Source: an uncultured virus (IMG/VR IMGVR_UViG_3300017774_008765)
Lineage: Duplodnaviria; Heunggongvirae; Uroviricota; Caudoviricetes
Length of the DNA stretch: 64,000 nucleotides
Direction: 5' to 3' (one strand)
Virus record (IMG/VR): IMGVR_UViG_3300017774_008765
Each line of letters opens with the position of its first letter. Position 1 is the first letter of the stretch. A model generated the notes under the pieces. That model was given only the letters and a program-made list of their open reading frames with translations, was not told the origin of the DNA and did no database searches. The translations under genes and the position numbers were made by a program. Of this stretch, positions 38,901-47,748 are shown piece after piece.

Positions 38901-40521
38901 GGTCAGTGACCAGGATCTCACGCTCGTCGCCCAGTTCCTCGACGCGGTCCGTCCGGTGTACACCAAGCCCCGCTTGGTCGGCGTCTACTCGCTCACCGAT
39001 GCGGTGACGGTCGAGGACGACCTGACGTTCGTGGGGTCTTTCCACTTCGACGACGACCCCGCGCACAGCGTCGAGTCCACGCGGATGCTGGACGACGTGA
39101 GCGGGTCCAGCACCGTCCTGCGCGCGCTGGACACCGGCGCCGTCTCGCTGCGCACCCTGTTCCGGGGCCGGGACCTCGTGACGACCACGGGGAGCATCGC
39201 CACCTCCGCGCGTGGCGGGTTCCTCCTCCCGCTGACCGCGCCCCCGAACGCCTCGTTCCCGGCGCTGGCCGCACGCGGCGCGGGCCTGGTCCGCGAAAAA
39301 GATCTGCTGGTGATCCTCGCGGGTACCAACGCGGGCACGTACCAGATCTCCGCGGTCACCGACACGGGTCTCACGCTTCTCCCGGACGCCCTGTCCGGCG
39401 GCGCCGATCCGGCGACATGGGAAGCGGCCTCCGGACAGGAGTTCGTCGTCGTCCGTCGCATGGAGAACCCGATCACGTCCGGTACCCTCACGCTGACGGC
39501 CGCGAGCACGATCGCCTCTCCGGCAGAGACGACGCTCGCGGTGGACGGGGTGACCGCGGGAGACCTGCTGATCGTGCGCACCAGTCCGACGCAGTGGTAC
39601 ACCATCGCGGAGCTCGCGGTGGATGGCGCGACCCTGGAGAGCGGGGAGCTCCGGTTGGACCGTCCGGCGGACGTGGACGGGGACTACGCCTACATGGTCG
39701 TGCGCCCCAACCTGAACGGCGCGACGCTCTACACGGGGGAGGGGATCTGTGTCGGAGGCGGGGTCCTCACCGGGCTGGTCTCCACGCTGGGGATCGAGTT
39801 TCCGCTTGCGCGCGTGCAGGCCGGAGACGAGGCCCGCATCCTCGCCCATCCCCTTGCCAGCGAGGTCGGCCGGATATTTCCCCTGGCGGCCCTTCTCAAC
39901 GCCAACACGCTGCTGCTCCGCGAGGGGAGCACGCCGCTGGCCGCGGGGGGCCCGGTGACCGTGCAGATCGAACACACCCGTGCCGAGCCCGACAGCGACG
40001 CGACGCTCCAACTGTGGACGGAGAGCGTGTTGGAGATGCTCGTGTTTGCCCCCACCATCGTCTTCACCACGGCGGCGGACGTGGCGATCGCCGCCGACGG
40101 GACAGTGACCTCCCCGACACTGTCCGCCGCCGCGGGCCTGCGCCCCGACATGCTGTTCGAGGTCCTCCCCGATCCGGCGAGGTCGCTGGAGCACACGGGG
40201 GTCTACACGTTCGGCGCTGCGTTGGATCAGCTCTCGACGACCTTCTCGACGAACGAGGCAGGCCCACGAAGCGTACAGGTGCGCATGCCGCTCAACGAGT
40301 TCGCTGTCAGCGCGACGGGCTTGGTCACGTCCGTGACCGGCTTTGCCTATGACGGAGATATTACCGCAGCCCCATGGACGGTTATGCTCCTCCCCGGCGA
40401 CCTCTTTGTGTACGAGGGTGGAAGTTACTACATCACCCAGGTTTCGGGCAGTAATTTCCAGGTGTACCCGCCGAGCGCGGTACCGGGCGTATTCTCTGGT
40501 AGAATTTTCCGGACGGTGTAG
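35905..40521 (+). CDS. giant baseplate wedge (gp7/P2 gpI-like position) protein with N-terminal PKD domain (1538 aa)
   Basis: PKD pattern VRLNGSASS...LAYSWSF...GIYTIVLSVED, later FLDAVRPVYT. GGAGG RBS. Confidence 0.7.
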   Translation: MPVARLAPAITYAVAGSIVRLNGSASSSDVGALAYSWSFSAVPLGSLLLGSTITSSSDGEIATFEPDRTGIYTIVLSVEDAEGTDAVSAEVDVQPVDRPVGVPTTPDGTFMFRVLSDFWQQVENRQAFPLYWSGLHQILGADFLRLYQQDDAKSIATIQRLIERRWLNYSPFLSLGQESFTALLGPSQSGTTALTGKQLNRGYAVALSATEVQLLRGTVSDTAVGVTLSIVGSATNDGDYTIRAVSPGRAGYRLLSSTPLPDPAATVVCAGSDLVLIAGDRVVSSATDFAAAAVTEGMALRLDTARVAETYLVTAVDGTRLQLDRPLPRTLSRVAYRVLSLLAVNVAFPTSAYTETVYLPETEADLSVFQAAESTGTGTLVGRYEILVARRHVLAAMVGQTLELRSGPNSGLRTTIAALNSAGTGFYVTDAFGGTLPQDARYYVAPFVDVTARLLVLDGQAYPIRRAVLDTSSPEVISGGLGPLWVLTLPPASVPAERSALTWRIGPVLTVPGRTFPAAGVTAGDVLYAEIRLLDANRTAEVALSVMGVYDDRIAFEVGTSVEDGQPGALTDAQISQLCAALEIRTAENDLYTGALVLSGTAARLAAAYTGSAFRVVSENVPFEAGTPFSLSGVRATVRPTGILRNRRVAVDATLRTAPALFEYIQDPRVEETEDGQILQIPTSQVPVRLERPPLVLRENRDFTIGAEDEVQGDDAVLVAEDATVLLPGASLTTRDVRAGDLLEILDGVAAGTYILRDVVSSESVRVRRDDGALPATSDASARYRIVRQQEGTFLRFAEGLFTAAYPAPRSLWAESSFYDNNPRIEANFGTLVGLTEEQFDAYGTEQTSYRGAVLGLMYAWAHGPTLANVELGAHLLLGLPVTEAPSRIVRVDDAYSADYGQVVVEGVDETGTPTGLRRAYTYALPDYAATGMGGIETNPETGQPYAMGDTLPALRPLAKAITLADYVADPDWWLTYGALRGEEVKKYHTWQVDVDLFQVSDQDLTLVAQFLDAVRPVYTKPRLVGVYSLTDAVTVEDDLTFVGSFHFDDDPAHSVESTRMLDDVSGSSTVLRALDTGAVSLRTLFRGRDLVTTTGSIATSARGGFLLPLTAPPNASFPALAARGAGLVREKDLLVILAGTNAGTYQISAVTDTGLTLLPDALSGGADPATWEAASGQEFVVVRRMENPITSGTLTLTAASTIASPAETTLAVDGVTAGDLLIVRTSPTQWYTIAELAVDGATLESGELRLDRPADVDGDYAYMVVRPNLNGATLYTGEGICVGGGVLTGLVSTLGIEFPLARVQAGDEARILAHPLASEVGRIFPLAALLNANTLLLREGSTPLAAGGPVTVQIEHTRAEPDSDATLQLWTESVLEMLVFAPTIVFTTAADVAIAADGTVTSPTLSAAAGLRPDMLFEVLPDPARSLEHTGVYTFGAALDQLSTTFSTNEAGPRSVQVRMPLNEFAVSATGLVTSVTGFAYDGDITAAPWTVMLLPGDLFVYEGGSYYITQVSGSNFQVYPPSAVPGVFSGRIFRTV

Positions 40522-40523
40522 GA

Positions 40524-40676
40524 ATGTGGAACTCTCTGAAGAAGATGCTCGAGACCCCGCGTGTACGCGATAGCGTACGCCTGGTCCTCACTTCCGCCCC
40601 TCCGCCCGTCGTGGCGGAAACCGTCCCCTCGCCCGAGCGCCCTGCGCCCAAGGCCGATTCCCGGAGTCGTTCGTGA
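40524..40676 (+). CDS. small hypothetical protein (50 aa)
   Basis: Read by hand: MWNSLKKMLETPRVRDSVRL... The stop overlaps the GTG at 40673. Confidence 0.45.
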   Translation: MWNSLKKMLETPRVRDSVRLVLTSAPPPVVAETVPSPERPAPKADSRSRS

Positions 40677-41284
40677 ACTTCCTCCGCTACTTCTGCCCCA
40701 CGTGGTTGCGCGCCGCGCTTCCCCACGGACCGTCCATCGAAGGGAAGTTCGCGCTGGAGACACGGGAAGGCGGGAAGCTCCGCACGCGTCGCGAGGGAAA
40801 GAATATCTGGACGCTGACGGGGCGCGAGTACCTCGCCGAGCTCATCGCGCTCCAGGCGACCTCCTCCTCGCGCACGACCTACCGGGAAGACCGCGTGCGC
40901 TACTTCGGTCTCGGCACCGGGAGCCAGCCCGAGGTCGCCGAGGTGTCCAGTCTCGTCTCTCCCGTCGAGTACGTCAGCGGGGTGTTCTTGGCCCCGACGT
41001 ACGTGCCGGTGATCTTTCCCACGTCTCCGCGGACCTCGGTCCAATTCGCCCGCGAGTACGGCACGGAGGAGATCAGCATCGGTGCCCCGGCAACGGCGGT
41101 CATCCTCACGGAAGCGGGCCTGTTCACCGATGGGGATCAAAACAGCAACTGGGCCTTGGACACCTTTGATCCGGCCTTCGCCACCGCGTCTGCGTGGGCG
41201 CCGGTCGCGTACAAGACCTTCGAGCCCGTGACGAAGACGACGAGCTTCACGCTTCGCCTGACGTGGGAGATCCGGTTCGTATGA
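40673..41284 (+). CDS. baseplate/tail-fibre attachment protein (203 aa)
   Basis: KNIWTLTGREYLA...FGLGTG...LTEAGLF...AYKTFEPVTK...WEIRF, typical of fibre-collar/wedge proteins. Confidence 0.65.
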   Translation: MNFLRYFCPTWLRAALPHGPSIEGKFALETREGGKLRTRREGKNIWTLTGREYLAELIALQATSSSRTTYREDRVRYFGLGTGSQPEVAEVSSLVSPVEYVSGVFLAPTYVPVIFPTSPRTSVQFAREYGTEEISIGAPATAVILTEAGLFTDGDQNSNWALDTFDPAFATASAWAPVAYKTFEPVTKTTSFTLRLTWEIRFV

Positions 41285-44200
41285 GCACCCCCTACCTTCG
41301 GCAGGCACTTCTCGCCGGCAACACCGAGGTCCCCCGCGTCACGCAGCCGTCGGTCCACGGGACCGTACGGCGCAACGCCGTGGGCGTCCTCGAGTCCTTC
41401 CTTGCCCCCTGCGATCTCGTTCTCGAGACGGAGGGGATGTCCGGCATCCCGGTGACGGTCGCCTTCTCTGCGGGGACCTCGGAGTTGGCAGACATCGTCG
41501 CGACGATCAACGCCGCGCTTTCAGCGGGCCCGTGGGGCATTGCGTCGGACGTGGACGGGTGCGTGTCCATCGCGTCGTCCGGCGTCGGCGAGACCGGGAC
41601 GGGCCCCGCCTTTGTGCGGATCCACCCGGCCGTGAACGACTACGACCTCGACGGCTTGCCGGATGACGCTGCCCGGATGCTCGGGCTGGCGACGTACCCG
41701 GATCCCGCCGCGACCGTGACCGCCGGCGACACGGACAGCGCCCCGATTCGCGCGCTCACGCAGGCCAACCCCACGGGAACGCGGTTTCTGGCCTACGGGG
41801 AAGACCGCACGAGTCAGGCGTTCAACCGCGCACTGGCGCAGCTCTCCGAGAACGCGGACGCGACCTACTACGCGCTTGCCCAGCAGACGATCGTGCCGGT
41901 CGTCCTCACGGTCAACACCGCGGTGTCGGCGTGGGCCTCCCGCCTGATCCTCGATCCGACGACGGGGTTCGTCGACCAGATCGACCTGTCCAACCTGGCC
42001 GTCGTCGACCCCGCGCTCGCCGGGCGTCTGTTCGTCGGCGGATTGGACCGGGAGTCGACGCTGCGCGAGATCGCGCAGTTCTGGTCGCTCACCGACAGCG
42101 CCGACCGCGAGATGCTCGTCTACGACGCCACGCGGGGCGAGCCGTACCGGATCCTGCGCGTGGGTGCCGTCACCCGTGGTCAGCGGGGCCTGACGCGTCC
42201 GGACTTCCTCGACGAGGACACGGGGCCGACGCCGGCGACACGCCTGCTTGATACCGGTGGCGTAGGGGCCGACGGCCTCAACGCGCTGGGAGTGGACCGG
42301 GTTCGGATCTCCGCGGAGGGCATCACCGCCGTCGCGCGGGGCATGGAGATCACCTGCGCCGGGCTGACTGACGTGACCGGGTTCGTGGCGCAGGGCGTTC
42401 GTGCTGGCGACGTCGCCGTCATCGCCGGGGCGAGCGCGGCCATTCCCTACAGCAACAACGGGACCTACCTCGTCGACGCCGTCCTGGGCGACCAGACGCT
42501 GCTGCTCCGCCCGTTGAACGACACGAACGTCCGTCCGCTCAACCAGGAGACCGCGGGCAGCTACGGCACGCTGACGGTCACCACGGGCGGCGCGTGGGAA
42601 GACGGACTCTTCGTGTCCTTCGATCCGCCCCTCCCTCGCCTGCCGGAAGACGGCATCTTCAAGCTCGTGGTGGGGATCGAGCGCTCGGTGCTTCATCCGC
42701 GCCGCGACGAGGACGAGAGCGGCTACAACGACGGGCTCGTCGTGCCGCGGCTCGCCGATCCCCGCGGCGACGGCGACACGATCCGTCGCCTGGAGCAGAC
42801 GCACACGCTCCAGGGGGCGTACCAGTCCTTCGGCGCGTCCCCGGCCGGCGGGACGCTTCTGCTCGAGCGGCCGCTCACGCTGGCCGGCGGTACGCACGTG
42901 TCTCTGTCGGCGGGCACCGTCGTGCGCGGGCCGATCGTCAACGGGACGGTCGAAGCCGGCGTGCTCGTCGCGCCGTCGGACGCCTCCGGTGCGCATCCCG
43001 ACACCTTCGTGCGCGCTGACGTGGGCCGAATTGCGCGCCTGCTGGCCGCGTCTCCTCGCGTGGCGGCTTCGGACTACGTCATCACCGAGTGGATCGACGG
43101 CGCCCACGTGCGCCTCGCGCCGGTCGGCCCGACGGAGCTGGTGCCCGCGCTGACGCTGGCGAGCGTCTCCTACGCCATCCTCGACGACGCCGTCTCCGAC
43201 TTCCCGGCGCAGCTGCTGCTGCGCAGCGCGGACGAGACGAACGACGCGGCGCCCGTGGCGCTCGTCCGGGCCGGCATCGTCTTCCAGCGGGACTCGGAGG
43301 ACACGGGGTCTACCGATCCTGCCGCCGGCGGCCAGTCCCTCGTGCACCTCGAGCGCGTGCGTTTGGTGCGCGACGCCGCCGGGGTCACGCAGAACGTGAG
43401 CCTGATCGGCGTGACCGGGGCCGCCCTCTCGGGGTCGACCACGGCGCTGACGCTCGGCATCAGCCTCCTGGACACGAGCAACGTCTTCGCCCTGGACGCC
43501 ATCGGGGCCCGGGCGACGCCCGCGCCGGGGTCGCCGGCGACGGTCCTGCGCATCCTCAACGGCACGGGCGCGGGGTACTACCTCATCCGTAGCCTTCTCT
43601 CGACCGGCGGGGTGGAGCTCTCCGGGCTCGACGGCGGCGACGTGACGGGGATCATTGCCGGCGCGGGGATGGTCTGCGCCCTCTACAACGTCGCGGTCGG
43701 CGTGAACCAGGTGGTCGCCGGCGCCTACGGCGGGACGGACCATCGCACCGTGGCGTTCCGCGTCTTCTCGGATGCCTACGCGCAGGACGAGCTCTCGACG
43801 GCGGCGCTATCGGTTGGCTGGGTCGGTCCGGGCGCCGGCATCATCGCCGTGCTCAACGACGCAGACTTCGCGGCGTACGACCGGGGCGACGCCGCAGACG
43901 GCTACCTGCTCGACGCGACACTCTACGTGCCCGCGCATGGTATCCACCTGTCGCTCACCGCAGCGGAGACCGGGGACCTGGCCCGCCGGAGTGCCAGGGG
44001 TCTCCTTGTCGACGTGGACTCCAACGCGCTGGACTTCGCTCTCGACTCCATCGGCTTCGGCAGTCCTGCTCGGACCGGGTGGGCAGGATGGTTCTCCCAG
44101 GTCGGGGAGGATCCCGCGCTGCTCGTGACCAAGATGTCCGCGCGCGCCACCAGCGGGGAGGCTCCCGTAGACCTGGGTACCTTCTCCTCCACGGCCGCGC

Positions 44201-46812
44201 TGGTGGTGGCCTACGATGGAGAGAGTCTGAAGGGCTCCGCGGCACTCGAAGTCGTGGGCGGAATCTTCCAGCGGGACGCTTCGCGGGTCTTTGGCCTGTC
44301 GGCGGACCGCGGCGCGGGAATTTACACGCAGAACGGTGTCACCTCGGGCATGTGGAACGTCCCGGGGGCGACCGACTACCTGCGCTCCCGCGAGCGGCCG
44401 CGCCTTGGCATGCCCGCACAGATCGCCCCGGCCACGTGGGATGAGGGGGCGATTCCGGTGCAGGTTACTGCACCGGATTACACCCGGACTAAGGTCCCCC
44501 ACCGAGGGATGGTCACGTTCCCCGAAGATACGTTTTCTGCTCCCTATGGACAGTGGGTCGGGCAAGCCGTGTGGCTTGAGACAGTCGGCGTGCAGTTCGA
44601 GATTGTCGACTTCGTTGAGGAAGACGACGGACGCCAGACCGCGGTGGTCTCGCGCACCGCCGGCCTGAACCTGACTGCGGCGGCAGATACCGCCTACGTG
44701 CTGGGGCATCGCTGGGAACTCGGTCACGTTGATGTGGCCGACTACATGCGCATCGGTACCTTGACCGCCAGCGACAGCCTCGACCTCTGGCAGCTCCCCT
44801 ACCTCACGCTGGGCACCGACCCCGCGGACGCGGTGGACCGCGCAGGTGCCCCCTACCTCGGGACCACCTCGTTGGCCGTGGAGCGGTCTCTCTCCCCGCT
44901 GTCCCCGTCTCCGTCTACCGTCGGCGACACGCTGAGCGACTGGGCGTACATCACCGAGCTGCCCAACCTCGCCGTGACGGCCACGGCGTACGCCACGGCG
45001 TCGGAGTTCCCCACCGGGAAGATCGGCACGTTCCAGCACGGGCGGGCCCAGGACACGGCGGACCCGCGGACACCGTTCCCGAACAAGGGCGTGTTCACCG
45101 GGAACGATGGGGAGCGGGACAGCTCGGTAGGCGGGTCTTTCTTGGTCGACGACCTCGTCGTCCGGTTCGTCAGCGGAGGCGCCGGCGTCACAGCGCAGTG
45201 GTACGAGGCCTATGGAGGGTGCCTCCAGGTATGGAAGGGGTTCAACACGAGCGCGCCCGACGCCGTCGTGCGCCTGTGGTTGCGTCCCGTCGTCGACGTG
45301 GCCCCCGATCTTGTCGCGCTCAAGGGGGTCATGCGCATCGCGCAGGACAGCCCCGGTACCCGTACCGTGGTGATGGCACTTCGCTACGCGGACGGGACGC
45401 TTGTGCTCCCCAGCTTCACCGCCAGCATGACGATGAGTGGCGACTCGGGGCGTCCCATCGAGGTGTCCGAGGCGTTCACCTACGTCAGCAGCTCCCCGAC
45501 TCCCGATGCGTTCTGGGCAGGCGCGGCCGCGCGGGGGCCGATGTATTTGACGCTGGACGTTCCGGTCAGCGACAACGACATCTACCCGAACCGAGGGTTC
45601 TACCTGCTGGACTTCCGGGTCGAGCAGGTGGCGAAGCCGGTACGTATGACCACGGTGGAAGTGCCGGGGGTCCTCCGGGTGGGATCGCTCCGCACCGCCT
45701 CTCCCCTCAAGGGCGGGCAGACGGTTGCACCCCCCGAGGCCGCACTCCTGAACGCGGAAGACTACGGGACGCTGGCGGAAGACGTCCCCGGACGTCCCAG
45801 CGGCTACGAGCAGATCGGCGGCGGGCAGGAAGGACGCGGCGTGGGCTTGGTGTACAACGCCTCGGGCTCCGGGACCCCGGCCTGGTTTCGCCCCACGCTC
45901 ACGGAGGGCTCTTTCTTCCGCAAGGGGTTGCACAGCGCCGCGATTGTCTTCAACCACCCCTTCTTCGATCCGCTGTTCTACGCGCGGTACGCGCCGGCGA
46001 CGGCGCCTGCCGATGCGATCAGCTGCGGTCCCACCGGGTTCTTGCTTCCGATAGACCCCCCACACGGCGCGCGCCTGACGGGGCTCCAGCTCTCCATGAG
46101 CACGCGGTACACCTTGCTCAAGACGGGCAGCGGTGGGAGCTGGTACGCCGTTCCCCAGGCCTTCCGCAACCGGCCGTCGTTCGGGGGCGGTCGCTTGCTA
46201 AGCGACCTCTCCCGGTACGCGCTCTGGGACGAGCACCGCGGGTACTACGTCACGCTGTACCGGTACAACGCGCTCCCGTTCGGCGTGCGGGACAGCGTGC
46301 GCACGGGACACAGCGCCGCCGAGCACGGCTTTGCGGAGCCGATCTGGCGTCGCCCGCTGGAGATCACCACCGGAGGGTACGAGCTGAGCGGTGGGAGCAC
46401 GGAGTACCGGGGCGCCGAGTACTTCCACTTCATGAACGAGCAGCTCTTCTACAAGGAGGGGCCGACGGTAGTGAATCAGTACGGCCCGATCGACGAGAGC
46501 GCGCTCACCGTGGACCGGCGACACTACAGCTACTTCGTGGCCGTGGAGTTCTACGCGGGGCACCGGAGTATCGACGCCGTCACGACGGACGCCGACAACC
46601 GCGTCACCGACGCGTACTTGGACGCGGTAGCCGGCGACCGGGCGTTGATGGACATTGGGTTCGGAGACGCGTTCTTCGAGCGCATGCTTCCCTCCCCGCT
46701 CGACCTGACCTCTTCCCTGCACACGTACGGCTTTGTGCCGGGGGCCGCCAAGTTCCGCGGACTGCGGGTCACGTGGGCGACGGATCGGCCGCTGCACGGC
46801 GGGTGGGGATAA
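41281..46812 (+). CDS. very large tail fibre/appendage-like structural protein (~1843 aa)
   Basis: ATG at 41281 overlaps the upstream stop. Gly/Thr/Ala beta-rich and last in the baseplate cluster. Confidence 0.7.
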   Translation: MSTPYLRQALLAGNTEVPRVTQPSVHGTVRRNAVGVLESFLAPCDLVLETEGMSGIPVTVAFSAGTSELADIVATINAALSAGPWGIASDVDGCVSIASSGVGETGTGPAFVRIHPAVNDYDLDGLPDDAARMLGLATYPDPAATVTAGDTDSAPIRALTQANPTGTRFLAYGEDRTSQAFNRALAQLSENADATYYALAQQTIVPVVLTVNTAVSAWASRLILDPTTGFVDQIDLSNLAVVDPALAGRLFVGGLDRESTLREIAQFWSLTDSADREMLVYDATRGEPYRILRVGAVTRGQRGLTRPDFLDEDTGPTPATRLLDTGGVGADGLNALGVDRVRISAEGITAVARGMEITCAGLTDVTGFVAQGVRAGDVAVIAGASAAIPYSNNGTYLVDAVLGDQTLLLRPLNDTNVRPLNQETAGSYGTLTVTTGGAWEDGLFVSFDPPLPRLPEDGIFKLVVGIERSVLHPRRDEDESGYNDGLVVPRLADPRGDGDTIRRLEQTHTLQGAYQSFGASPAGGTLLLERPLTLAGGTHVSLSAGTVVRGPIVNGTVEAGVLVAPSDASGAHPDTFVRADVGRIARLLAASPRVAASDYVITEWIDGAHVRLAPVGPTELVPALTLASVSYAILDDAVSDFPAQLLLRSADETNDAAPVALVRAGIVFQRDSEDTGSTDPAAGGQSLVHLERVRLVRDAAGVTQNVSLIGVTGAALSGSTTALTLGISLLDTSNVFALDAIGARATPAPGSPATVLRILNGTGAGYYLIRSLLSTGGVELSGLDGGDVTGIIAGAGMVCALYNVAVGVNQVVAGAYGGTDHRTVAFRVFSDAYAQDELSTAALSVGWVGPGAGIIAVLNDADFAAYDRGDAADGYLLDATLYVPAHGIHLSLTAAETGDLARRSARGLLVDVDSNALDFALDSIGFGSPARTGWAGWFSQVGEDPALLVTKMSARATSGEAPVDLGTFSSTAALVVAYDGESLKGSAALEVVGGIFQRDASRVFGLSADRGAGIYTQNGVTSGMWNVPGATDYLRSRERPRLGMPAQIAPATWDEGAIPVQVTAPDYTRTKVPHRGMVTFPEDTFSAPYGQWVGQAVWLETVGVQFEIVDFVEEDDGRQTAVVSRTAGLNLTAAADTAYVLGHRWELGHVDVADYMRIGTLTASDSLDLWQLPYLTLGTDPADAVDRAGAPYLGTTSLAVERSLSPLSPSPSTVGDTLSDWAYITELPNLAVTATAYATASEFPTGKIGTFQHGRAQDTADPRTPFPNKGVFTGNDGERDSSVGGSFLVDDLVVRFVSGGAGVTAQWYEAYGGCLQVWKGFNTSAPDAVVRLWLRPVVDVAPDLVALKGVMRIAQDSPGTRTVVMALRYADGTLVLPSFTASMTMSGDSGRPIEVSEAFTYVSSSPTPDAFWAGAAARGPMYLTLDVPVSDNDIYPNRGFYLLDFRVEQVAKPVRMTTVEVPGVLRVGSLRTASPLKGGQTVAPPEAALLNAEDYGTLAEDVPGRPSGYEQIGGGQEGRGVGLVYNASGSGTPAWFRPTLTEGSFFRKGLHSAAIVFNHPFFDPLFYARYAPATAPADAISCGPTGFLLPIDPPHGARLTGLQLSMSTRYTLLKTGSGGSWYAVPQAFRNRPSFGGGRLLSDLSRYALWDEHRGYYVTLYRYNALPFGVRDSVRTGHSAAEHGFAEPIWRRPLEITTGGYELSGGSTEYRGAEYFHFMNEQLFYKEGPTVVNQYGPIDESALTVDRRHYSYFVAVEFYAGHRSIDAVTTDADNRVTDAYLDAVAGDRALMDIGFGDAFFERMLPSPLDLTSSLHTYGFVPGAAKFRGLRVTWATDRPLHGGWG

Positions 46813-46813
46813 G

Positions 46814-47149
46814 ATGAGCAGCAACAGCCTCATTACCCTCTTCGCGAGCCTGGACTTCGGGCTGAACTGCCTGGGGACGTACGCGCTGGTTCACACCGCG
46901 CGGGCGAACCTTCTGCCGTTCTTTCCTGGGCGCACGCGCAAGTGGGCCAAGCTCTTCATCGACGTGCTGAACCTCCTCGTCGGCGCGGCGATCGGGGCGA
47001 TGCTCGGGTACGACCCGCGCATGGCGACGAACCTTCTCATCGGGGTGGTGGCGTCGCTCTTCTCGCAACAGATGTACGGGATCTTCAAGCGACACCTCCC
47101 GGCGCGCTTCGGCGGAGAGAAGGAGCGGGAAGACAGTGAAGACCGCTGA
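46814..47149 (+). CDS. holin-like small membrane protein
   Basis: 111 aa with 2-3 hydrophobic segments and a highly charged C-terminus, after the tail genes. Confidence 0.55.
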   Translation: MSSNSLITLFASLDFGLNCLGTYALVHTARANLLPFFPGRTRKWAKLFIDVLNLLVGAAIGAMLGYDPRMATNLLIGVVASLFSQQMYGIFKRHLPARFGGEKEREDSEDR

Positions 47150-47441
47150 TCACCCGCACGACCGCCTGCACGAACGCACGGGCATCCCCGACCGGGAGCT
47201 CGATGCGCTCATCGCGCAGGTGCGGCGGAAGAAGACCCTCGAGCCCGGGCAGACCTACTTCTACGAGTGGCCGAGCCGGGGGTTCGCCGTTATCGCGCCG
47301 TCGCACGGACACGCCGGCCCGCACGTGGTGAAGACGGTGCTCGGCCCGACGATGCGCCCGCCGGGCCGTCGGCTGGAGCTGGACAAGACAGCGCAGGTCT
47401 GGGACGCCTTCTTCGCCGAACTGGCCCGGCTCTCCAGCTAA
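47136..47441 (+). CDS. small protein with a possible RelE/BECR-type RNase core, flanked by K-x-A motifs
   Basis: MKTAD-HPHDRLHERT...FAVI...VVKTVL...DKTAQVWDAFFAELARL. Confidence 0.6.
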   Translation: MKTADHPHDRLHERTGIPDRELDALIAQVRRKKTLEPGQTYFYEWPSRGFAVIAPSHGHAGPHVVKTVLGPTMRPPGRRLELDKTAQVWDAFFAELARLSS

Positions 47442-47471
47442 GAAAAAGACCCCCGGTTTCCCGGGGGTCTT
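47442..47471. terminator. terminator at the convergence of the structural and replication arms
   Basis: 11-bp stem 47446-56/47461-71, TTTC loop (GAAA on -), with a U-run on the - strand. Confidence 0.75.
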
Positions 47472-47475
47472 CGCG

Positions 47476-47748
47476 TCAGCCCAGCAGCTCCTCCACGACC
47501 CCGACCCGGTAGAGCCGGCCGAGCAGCCAGCTCTTCGGGCGGTTGGGGTCGAGGTAGAGGCTCAGCTCCTTCGCGGCGAAGTCGCTGATCTCCTGGGCGG
47601 TCATGCTCCGCAGAGCGTGTACGGACAGGTAGACGAACCCCTCTTCCTCCGGCGGGTCCGCGGGTCCGCCGGAGGCGTCAGGGGAAGGAGTGGCGCCGTT
47701 GCCGGCGTTAGCCCTGCCCCCAGTCGACGTTCTCGATGCTGTCCGCAT
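47476..47748 (-). CDS. small hypothetical protein (start uncertain)
   Basis: The C-terminal half looks protein-like (LRSMTAQEISDFAAKEL...). No clear RBS. Confidence 0.45.
   Translation of the reverse strand: MRTASRTSTGGRANAGNGATPSPDASGGPADPPEEEGFVYLSVHALRSMTAQEISDFAAKELSLYLDPNRPKSWLLGRLYRVGVVEELLG

Noticed and set aside
6071..46065. Very long antisense or alternate-frame ORFs (e.g. 6071-7945 +, 22261-24915 -, 29662-32901 -, 33439-36381 -, 37699-40194 -, 43807-46065 -)
   Set aside because: They are shadows of real GC3-rich genes on the opposite strand, with Arg/Gly/His-biased composition and no motifs.
11447..46812. Tail cluster as an eCIS, tailocin or T6SS in a bacterial chromosome
   Set aside because: It is linked to a full phage-type replisome, with no host genes or T6SS membrane components in 64 kb. 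A phage origin is more parsimonious, although capsid and terminase genes are not in this window.
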